From Octopus sinensis (Eukaryota), in NCBI RefSeq assembly GCF_006345805.1, contig NC_043004.1, positions 73,098,001-73,162,000 of the forward strand: DNA of 64,000 nucleotides. Direction: 5' to 3'. Under the pieces are notes generated by a model. That model saw only the letters and a program-made list of their open reading frames with translations, was not told the origin of the DNA and ran no database searches. Each line of letters opens with the position of its first letter. The stretch's first letter is position 1. Made by a program: the position numbers and the translations under genes. Below are positions 54,733 through 64,000 of this stretch, one piece after another.

Positions 54733-55294
54733 AGGTGCGTGGCTTAGTAGTAAGGGTATTCGGCTCCTGTCCACTCTGCTAGCAAAAATGTATTGTATCT
54801 GTGATTCAAAAGAGCAGCAATGTCACATTCTGTGTCACGCTGAATCTCGCTGAGATCTCCCTTGTAGGATGTGAAACGAAGGGACGGTGTATTTCCAATC
54901 TTCCCCTTCTGTAATTAAGAAATCCGTGGCATTTTTATGCAGAGTAATTTAAACAGTTAGAATTAGTTTTTATGAAAAATCCTCAAACCCACCAAGAACT
55001 GGGGAGCAGAAATTAATAGGCGTTCACAGTTAAGACGTCACAGTAAATATTGTTAGGAACTTTCTATTTCATGTAAGGTACTGCTTTCCGACTACGCATA
55101 ATGAACTCAAACTCTTCGACACACATTACGTTAAGATTAGCAATTCTTGACATGACAATATCACTTCCGGAATTACATGCTACTGGTGAAAGTATATATC
55201 TGTATAGCACCTACGCCAGCAGCCCACTTACAATTGCTGAAAAGGAGTCACTTCGCTCAGCAGATCTTCTTTCCGAAGCCGTAGTATATATATA

Positions 55295-55505
55295 TTTCTT
55301 TACTGCCCACAAGGAACTAAACATAGAGGGGACAAACAAGGACAGACAAAGGAATTAAGTCGACTACATCGACCCCAGTGCGAAACTGGTACTTTATTTA
55401 CCGACCCCGAAAGGATGAAAGGCAAAGTAGACCTCGGCGGAATTTGAACTCAGAACGTAACGACAGACGAAATACCGCTTAGCATTTCGCCCGGCGCGCT
55501 AACAT
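55295..55505 (-). mobile_element. Family-B SINE monomer with tail 2
   Basis: Same tail (ATTTCTTTACT...CACAAGG...ACAAACAAGGACAGACAAA) and central domain as the 17/20/41 kb units. Confidence 0.85.
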
Positions 55506-56149
55506 TCACTCCTCCAGAAGAATGATATGGACTTATCACAAACTATTTAAGGAATGTTATAAGCATCATCGGAATTTATTTGCATTGAGAATAACACCAC
55601 TTCGTAGTCTCGTTATATTTGGGAGCCTAGAGAATCAAGAGCATGATTGCTCCATTATAACTTAGAACAATCCTAGTAATGTCCCTCTATATTCCAGTGG
55701 ATTATATAATTACAGGATCTGTTTCAGAGAAACTGCATATCCTGTAGAAGCTCCGTATTGCTCAACAAAATATACGAAGAAGTTTACAATTGTCACCACA
55801 GTTTACAATTGTCACTTAGGCTAACTTCAATCAACTAACACAAAAAACCTTGTCACGTAATATCGAGGTTACCATTTTATCTATCTAATCGCCTTATACT
55901 CTGATAGCAAGTTGAAGTGACTCGAGTTAGCAGTATGTAACAATTCCTGCAACGTTCCCGTAACGTCTCCATTGAGCACCCACCTTAAGAAGTCGAAGGG
56001 TCCATTGACAGGGGTTCCATCTATAGGGGGGACCTCATCGATTAGGCCTGTGGATTCCTGCCGATAAAATTCCAAGTAATTTTGTGTAAGTCGGTTACTA
56101 CGTGCATACAAATATAGAAACATATAAATACACAAATAGATAGATAGAT

Positions 56150-56188
<39 letters not shown>

Positions 56189-56256
56189 TGTATATGTGTA
56201 TATACATATATATATATATACACACACACATATATATACATACATACATACATACA

Positions 56257-56287
<31 letters not shown>

Positions 56288-56562
56288 GCATATATGTGTG
56301 TGCGTGTAGTGGGGTGAAGGTGCATGGCTTAGTGGTTAGAGTCTTGCACTCATGATCGTAAGATTGTGGTTTCAATTCCTGGACTGGGTGATGTACTGTG
56401 TTCTTCAGTAAAACACTTCCTCTCACGTTACTCAGTCCACTAGGTTGGCAAAAGTGAGAAATTCTGCGACGGACCCACGTCCCGTTCAGTAGAGAATACA
56501 TACGCTATAAAATCCAGGAAACCGGCATTACGAGACTGTTGTTCGGGAAGGATCTTTGATCA

Positions 56563-56687
<125 letters not shown>

Positions 56688-57850
56688 CAGAGATAGACTG
56701 AAAACGTCGATGACAATTAATTTAGAAACATAAGTGTTCCAAACTGCGTGGATCTTAAATGAAGAGACGAAAAAAACTTAATGAAAAATATTAAATTGGA
56801 ACATAGTCGTGTTTCCTACATACATCTACAAAACAAGCTGATGCCCATATATACAAATACAAAACTTCAAAAGTAAAACAGACATAGCTGTATGATTAAG
56901 CATGATTGAGGTATTGCTTTACAGATGCACTTTCATATCACTAACCCTTACCTCTTTTTGAGTAAGGATTCTCTTAGTCTCCTATTTCAGTTGTCTCTGA
57001 AGGCGCAAAATATAAACATCACTGATGCCACATACTTAATGTATGTGTTCTGTTTATGCGTTCATTGGCTATGGGATTCGTCCAAGGAAAAGACCCTTTA
57101 AGATGTCGGGTATTAAAAAAAAAACACTGAATATCTCGAAAACATACAAAATGAATCGCCCCGTGGGTGAACGAGGATGGTGGGTATTGATATTTCTCTG
57201 TTGTTCTAGCCCGCTGGCACCGTATACCCTTGTTAACTAGAGACGAATCCGAATAACTGGTCTGAGCTATAGATGCAAATAGCCTAAAATCAATCTGCTG
57301 GTGTGCAATAGCACCGCACAAGTGAAACAAAATTGAGGGTATTTTCCTGAACGAATCCTGCAGCCAATGAATGCAGACACTATTAGAGCAATTTCTATAC
57401 CAAATTTAATTGTGGACAATGTATTGACAGGAGAAAAGACAACAGCTTCACTACTTATAACTCATATCATTCAGAACTTATGTAAACAAACACACACTAG
57501 TGGCATACACACACACATATGAATGCGCGTGGTCCAACGGTTAGGATGTTGCTCTCACGATAGCTAGATCGAGGGTTCGATTCCCGGACCGGGCGATGCG
57601 CTGTGTTCTTCAGCAAGGCACTTCATTTCACGTTGCTCCAATCCACTCAGTTGCAAGTAGGTAACCCTGCGACAGACTAGCATCCATATCATAGGGAATG
57701 TTGGCCTGCTCGCCTATCCAGTGGAGTGGCCTCATTTGAAAGCTAAAACCATGTAAAACGCATTGTGACCAGCGATGTCTAACAACACCCGATAGTCTGG
57801 TCGATCACATAATATATAAATATTAATATATATAAATATAGACAAATAAC

Positions 57851-57914
<64 letters not shown>

Positions 57915-57918
57915 CATA

Positions 57919-58598
57919 AAATTAATTGTTATCGCCATATTAATATGGCATTCTTATAGATATAAGAATAATCGCTGCCGCTCGTCAGCTCCATGAGGCC
58001 ACCGCCATCAAGATAGCTATTGATACACGATCTGTATCCATTATAACCTTCGAACAAGGGAGGTCAGCCGCTTCACACTGCCAGTCCGACAGCTACAGAC
58101 GCGTTTCGGGTTATTGCCCCTTGTCAATGTAGCGCAGTCAGACCCGCAGGTGTCGCCACTGACGTCTCTGTTCGAAGGTTTCTATTTACGTAATCTCTTT
58201 TATAGAGACTTAGTAATTTTAATATTTCTATTATTGAAAACAAGTGGATGTATTCCACTGAAACTAGGTAAATAGAAACCTTCGAACAGAGACGTCAGTG
58301 GCGACACCTGCGGGTCTGACTGCGCTACATTGACAAGGGGCAATACCCCGAAACGCGTCTGTAGCTGTCGGACTGGCAGTGTGAAGCGGCTGACCTCCCT
58401 TGTTCGAAGGTTATAATGGATACAGATCGTGTATCAATAGCTATCTTGATGGCGGTGGCCTCATGGAGCTGACGAGCGGCAGCGATTATTCTTATATCTA
58501 TAAGAATGCCATATTAATATGGCGATAACAATTAATTTCCAGTAAACGCTGCCGTAATCTCTTTTATAGAGACTTAGTAATTTTAATATTTCTATTAT
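57919..58598. mobile_element. Penelope-like/retrozyme-like fold-back element: 270-bp inverted arms + 46-bp terminal redundancy
   Basis: Arms 57919-58188 and 58269-58538 (1 mismatch); direct repeat 58189-58234 = 58553-58598; hammerhead motif in each arm. Confidence 0.85.
58324..58365 (+). ncRNA. Minimal type-I hammerhead ribozyme, U3:A8 core variant (mirror copy on minus strand at 58092-58133)
   Basis: GCTACA-TTGACAA-GGGG-CAATA-CCCC-GAAA-CGC-GTC-TGTAGC: stem I 6 bp, stem II 4 bp, GAAA, palindromic ACGCGT helix III, GUC cleavage triplet. Confidence 0.75.
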
Positions 58599-58637
58599 AT
58601 ACACATACATAAGCAAAGTATATGTGTATGTATATAT

Positions 58638-59071
58638 GGGAATCTTTTCGGTTTGAACGGCAGTTTTTTCTAGCGGTGTCATATGAAATTGTCACCCATA
58701 ATTATGACCCTAGTATCGATCTATTGCATTTCAATCTATTTTAGGGTTAGTTAGGGTTAGGTTTAGGGGTAGGGGTGGGGGGAAGGGTATCTTTTTTTCT
58801 TCACAAATGTAAATAAACCCAATCTGTTTCTTAAACGAGGGATATTTTCATACGGCACAGAATGCTGTTTACCTCAATGGACGTCAGTGATGGGTTGAAA
58901 TTGCAGAAATTGAAGAAAAAAACAACAAATATCTTACAAATATAGAATTTTCTCAATAAAGCCAAGAGAAAAAGATGTTTTATAAACACATTCTACCAGT
59001 ATACGAAGTTTAAAATTTTTTAGTTACCTAGAAATTATGTTAAAAACTGCCGTTCAAACCGAAAAGATCCG
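58638..59071. mobile_element. MITE with ~29-bp TIRs carrying telomere-like TTAGGG repeats
   Basis: ATCTTTTCGGTTTGAACGGCAGTTTTT / AAAAACTGCCGTTCAAACCGAAAAGAT; TA-rich flanks; TTAGGGTTAGTTAGGGTTAGGTTTAGGGGTAGGGG at 58741-58775. Confidence 0.85.
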
Positions 59072-59156
59072 TATATGGTTATTTGTTTATATTTATATAT
59101 ATTAAATTATACGTGTATCCTGTTTCATGTATTTATATTTTGGAAGTTTTTTATAA

Positions 59157-59280
59157 TCTCTGACGAGGCCTATGGTTATATATAAGTACCCCATTTTTAA
59201 ATGCCTACAACCTCAATATAATTGACAACTATAGGCACTGAAAAACTACTTTTTTCCATAGGCTGAAACAGCTGTAAGAG
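59157..59280 (+). ncRNA. Hammerhead-like motif with ~90-nt loop II (PLE tail)
   Basis: TCT-CTGACGA-GGCCTATGG...CCATAGGCT-GAAA-CAGCTG-TA-AGA: 9-bp stem II, palindromic ACAGCTGT helix III, 3-bp stem I. Confidence 0.6.
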
Positions 59281-60329
59281 TGATTTTAATGATTTCAGTC
59301 ATTTATATTAAGATTTTTATAATTGTATTCTTATTTGATATGTATTGAATTATAATGTATATATGTATGTTATTAAGGTTCTCGTTTTTGTTAAATAAAT
59401 AAATAAGTCCACATTCTAATATCCTAAAGCTGATGAACCAACTAAATTGTTTCTCCATTTTCTTGTTATAATTAATATAAATATTGTTATAATTATAAAT
59501 TAATGGTAAAATATTTCTTTGCTTTCACCCATTTAATACAATAAGTAAGTTAATTGCATTACAATTAAAAACACTTGTGCATTAATAATTTGGGTATTAT
59601 ACCAACAGTATATTGGATAAATATTATCCCTTAGTGGGTTGGATCCACAGCCCCTAACTTACTTGGTGTTATATAGATATATATACGACGGGCTTCTTTC
59701 AGTTTCCGTCGACCAAATCCACTCACAAGGCTTTGGTCGACCAGAGGTACCACGCAGTGGGACTGAACTCGAAACCATGTGGTTGGTAAGCAAGCTACTT
59801 ACCACACAGCCACTCCTACATATACATTTATATACATATACATATATATATATGCATTTATACACACACACACACACACACACAACACACACACACACAG
59901 GTGACATAAGGATAAACACAGATTTATATACAATCAATAGTTTCAAACTTCCTTCTAGTCTAATGTTTCGCTGTGAATAGAAAAAAATAATGATGATATT
60001 AGCAACCTTCATCTTATTCAAGTTTGCAAATTTATTACGTTTTCCGCACTAAGATTGAACTCACAATCCACAGTTTAATAGCAGTTTATGAAATGTTGTT
60101 CACCTGACATCTTAAATAGCCTCGGTATTCCTCACTTTATTTTATCATTTATTTTTTCATTGTTTCTTTTTGCGTGTGTTGTTTCCAAATATTGGGAAAA
60201 TGTGTGATCAATACCAATCGAACGAAGGCTGTTTTTGTATTTATTAATATATTTCTTATACGCTGCCATCAAACAGCAGGAGTTGGTTGGGGTATGGAGA
60301 AGGGGGAACGGAAGAAAGCTGTGAGGTGG

Positions 60330-60840
60330 AAAGAAACCGCAGATGATGATGATGATGATGATGCGGGCAGTGATGAGATGGTGATAGTGGTGGTGGTTGT
60401 GGTGATTACGGTGGTAATGGCATGAGTGATGGTGCTGCTTGTGAGGTGCTATGCCATTGGTGGTCGTTGTCGTGGTCGTGGTAGCTGTCATTGTGTTAAT
60501 AATAGTGATGGTAATAGGGGATTTGTGGTGGTGGTGGTGAAGGTGGTGGTGGTGGTGGTGGTGGTGATGATGGTGGGGTGGGATTTGTAGTGTTGGTCGT
60601 TGAAGCGGTGGTGGTGATTATCTGTGCAACAAATGGCTTCGATTTCCCCGGTGTAAAACCAATAATTAGCCACAGCGCGTGCCGATACATAACTGCCAAT
60701 TAGCAGGTTCGATACATGGTTGAATTGGAGTAGATGAAGTGGTGGGGGGGTTCGTTGTCGTCGTCGTCATCGTCATGGCCGTGGGGGCGGCGGTGGCGGT
60801 GGTGGCAGCGGTTGTGGTGGGGGTGGGGGTGGGGGTGGGA
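60330..60840. repeat. (GGT/GAT/GTC)n low-complexity tract ending in a (GGGGGT)n G4-like run
   Basis: Direct reading. Confidence 0.85.
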
Positions 60841-61448
60841 AATCAATTAATAACATAGAGTCGCTAAAGAAATGATTCTTTTTCTCCTGACCGAGCACCA
60901 CCAACAAAACCACGCACACCGCTCAACCCACTCGCTCCGCTCACCCGTTCAGTCACCCAATCATCCGTAAACTGTATGCTACCATATTTATGAATTAGTT
61001 TCAAATGGCTCCTCCCATTCACATGAATGAGACACTAGCGTTCCGACCAACAACAACAACAACATCGTTATTAACGTCACCATTATCCTAATCATTGTCA
61101 TTGCTGTCATCATGGTCGCCACCGTCATTGTTCGTCGTTGCCCTCGTTGTTGATGTCGTTATTACCTTATTCGATATAATCATCATCATAGTCATCATCA
61201 TTATCAGCTACAAATGCAAGAAAGGTAAAACGAAGAAATCCAATAATATTTCTCAGGCTTAATCTCTAGCAGATTGTACTAATCCTTTGCTGGTGCATAA
61301 TTTATACGTGTGAGTGTATATTCATGCAGATACATATATGTAGCAAAAGAATCTTACTTCTCAACAGCATGGTTCCGGGTTCAGTCTCACTGCGCGGTAC
61401 TTGGGCAAGTATTTTCTACTATAGCTCAGGGCCGACCAAAGCCTTGTG

Positions 61449-61520
61449 AGCTCAGTGATTTAGAACAATTTCTATACCACAATTAAATTCGGTATAGAAA
61501 TTGCTCTAAATCACTGAGCT
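61449..61520. repeat. 72-nt hairpin (30-bp arms, 1 mismatch, 12-nt loop) truncating a SINE
   Basis: AGCTCAGTGATTTAGAACAATTTCTATACC-acaattaaattc-GGTATAGAAATTGCTCTAAATCACTGAGCT; partial reverse-complement copy at ~57383-57415. Confidence 0.85.
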
Positions 61521-61680
61521 GCGACGTCACTGGTGCCAAGCTGTATCAGTTTTTGCCTTTCCCATCGGTGAAGAGGGAAGGCATGGGCGACTGTTGGTCT
61601 TCCGGACTTGTGCTTAAAAGGGGAGCTTTCTAGAGGCAATCCCAAGGTCATTCATAGCCGAAGGAGGCCTTTATCTTTTT

Positions 61681-61777
<97 letters not shown>

Positions 61778-61779
61778 AC

Positions 61780-62060
61780 TAGTTGCTGCAACAGCTTGGG
61801 TTTCAGCTTTTTAATACTCTCCCAAAGAGCCTGAGGGACCTACATAAAGTGGATGTAGGTGTTTTCAAAGCAAAACTGAACCTCTTAATGTCGAGAGTTC
61901 CAGATGAACCTGCCTCGCGGCAAGAGGTGCAAATAAGTGTAGCGACATCAATTTCCCTTATTCACCAAATGTCACATATTAGAGGAGGCTCTCAATAATA
62001 ACAGTGTAACAAAACGGCGGTGCCCCAGCATGGCAGCAGCTCTGAGCTGAAACTACAAAG
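61780..62060 (+). mobile_element. CR1-group LINE 3' end
   Basis: LFNTLPKSLRDL....FKAKLNLLMSRVPDEP......ATSISLIHQ, characteristic of CR1/L2-group C-termini. Confidence 0.7.
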
Positions 62061-62111
62061 AAAGAAAAAATGTACTCATGTCCTCAGTTCCACTGCTCTT
62101 AGTTCAACCAA

Positions 62112-62192
<81 letters not shown>

Positions 62193-62649
62193 CATGAACA
62201 CCTCACTTTACGAGTGAGTATTATTCCAGAAGGAATAAAATGGTGTAAAATAATGCAATTTTATCAAGGGAAGAAAGAAACCAAACACGTCAATAAGACA
62301 TTTTAACAGAATGCGTTTAATTCCATTTATTTATTTACCTATATCATACAAAAACATTTCACCTAAACCTGAAGTTTCTACCTTTATAAGTAGACTGTTA
62401 CATCATTGGTACTTGTGCGAATTTTTGCTAACCTGGTAACTATTTATTTTATTTATTTATTTATTTATTTATTTATTTTCATGTTGTTTGTAAACATTGA
62501 AAAAACACACACACTGATAGAATAATGGCTAGGCTTTAAAAATAAATACCGGTTTCGATTCGTTCAACTCCAACTTTTCCAGGAAGTGCCCTAGCATGGC
62601 CATGGTCATTGACTGAAGCGTGTAAAAGACAAAAGGTGAAAGATATATA

Positions 62650-63492
62650 CAGGGTGTTCGGACTAAATTTAACAAATTTTAATGCCTTCTTCTTTTTTTT
62701 TCAGGAGCAGCTTGATGCATTGGTGAAGAGAGAACGACGTTGACGAGCAAAATGGTTAAGATTATAGTTGAGAAAAAGTTAGCCGACATGGAAGACTTGA
62801 AGCCATTTGAATATTGGAAAAAAGTTACATGTATCATGATGAGTCGTTCTGGGTATCAAAATGCCGACATCATGACTGCTGTTCAATGCCCTCTGAACAC
62901 TATAAAGAGTGTAAGACGTGACATGGACAGTTGCAACGGAGATTACGAAGCTGAAGCCAGCAGACGTTCTGACTACGCCCGGACGCCGGAATTGAGCCAC
63001 ACATCTTTGAACAGGGTCTTCGGCTCAATTCAGACGGTTATGTGAGGCTGCTGGGGACTGCGGTCAAGCCCCGACTGGAGAGAGTTGCTGTTGGAAGGCC
63101 ACATGAGTAGCAGCAGGATTCGTTTTCGTACCATACTACCGGAGAGAGTCAGAAGTTGTCAGAGAATTTCTACGACTTCACCAGTTCGTTTCTCATGGAT
63201 TACTATGTGTGGAGCGCAGTTGAGAAAGACACCAATCATTCAGTCAAGGTGGAGCTGGTGGCGAAGATCAAAGGTGTTCCTTCTTCTCGGGAACACAACG
63301 AGGAACGCATACACCAGGTTCCGGAGCCGTCTTGAAGCTGCGATAGAAGTTGAGGGTGGCTACTTTGAGTAAATTATCTCCCGGCCATAATCTAGTTAAT
63401 ATTTTTTTATCTTTTTTTAAAATAATTTCTTTTTGCATGAGATATGCTTTCTTTTCCTCTTACGAAAATTCAAATTTCAGCCGAAAACCCTG
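62650..63492 (+). mobile_element. Decayed, internally deleted maT/DD37D-like TcMar transposon
   Basis: Imperfect TIRs CAGGGTGTTCGGACTAAATTT / AAATTTCAGCCGAAAACCCTG with TA TSDs; residues QQDS..YHT, MDYYVWSAVEK, RFRSRLEAAIEVEGGYFE*. Confidence 0.85.
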
Positions 63493-63679
63493 TATATGAG
63501 GGGCTTTCACACAGTTACTATCTATCGAATTCATTCATATAGCACTTACCCGCAAGATACCACGCAGCAGGACCGAACCTGAAACCACATAGATGCGCAG
63601 CGATGTGTGTACACGAAATCAAGTGAAATCCTGACGTCCATTTGGAAATACCAAAGGAACAATCCTGGAGACTGTAGAG

Positions 63680-63790
63680 GACATTATTTACATTATTTAC
63701 ATTATTTACATTATTTATATTTGACGGATATTTGTCCTCATCTTGTTTGTTGTTAACACAACGTTTCGGCTGATACACCCTCCAGCTTCC
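63680..63790 (-). mobile_element. PLE-type tail element with (AAATAATGT)n end; second copy 37958-38062
   Basis: Minus strand CTGAAGA-A(A/G)GCTG..CAGCC-(G/A)AAA-CGTTG hammerhead-like motif, each copy with one lesion; 9-bp tandem tail. Confidence 0.65.
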
Positions 63791-63793
63791 ATA

Positions 63794-63857
63794 TAGCGTA
63801 GTGATTAAGAGCGCGGGCTACTAATCCCAAGATTCCGAGTTCGATACCAAGCAGTGA

Positions 63858-63909
<52 letters not shown>

Positions 63910-63916
63910 CATAATA
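63794..63916 (+). mobile_element. tRNA-derived mini-SINE (~70 nt) with (AAT)n tail
   Basis: Box A-like TAGCGTAGTGATTAAG, box B GAGTTCGATACC, then CAAGCAGTGACCTG(AAT)n; the 5' acceptor strand is missing. Confidence 0.7.
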
Positions 63917-64000
63917 AGAGACGCCGGGGACGTTTAAGATGTAAGAATGATAAAACAGAGCTCCGAAATGTATCCACAAACATCGAAAATAAAGACATCG

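Noticed and set aside
58741-58787. TTAGGG tract as a relic of chromosome fusion
   Set aside because: Short, degenerate and internal to a TIR-bounded MITE.

Overview
AT-rich, microsatellite-saturated eukaryotic DNA. The SINE families present resemble those I know from octopod cephalopods (Octopus); this is an inference and was not database-checked. I found no confident host protein-coding gene, rRNA, true tRNA or CRISPR array, and nearly all ORF-track entries are microsatellite translations. The window is a gene desert or large intron packed with mobile DNA. Non-LTR retroelements include an internally deleted L1/Tx1-like element sitting in (GATA)n plus a second 3'-end copy, R4/Dong-like RLE elements in (TAA)n, and RTE, CR1 and I/Jockey-like fragments. 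There is also a decayed Penelope-like ORF with a GIY-YIG domain and about 10 Penelope-type hammerhead-ribozyme motifs. DNA transposons include Tc2/pogo, mariner, maT, Tigger, hAT and other MITEs, alongside three or four tRNA-derived SINE families and several long fold-backs. The most striking object is a 270-bp near-perfect inverted repeat at 57.9-58.6 kb. It carries a minimal hammerhead ribozyme with a compensatory U3:A8 core variant inside a 364-nt terminally redundant unit.
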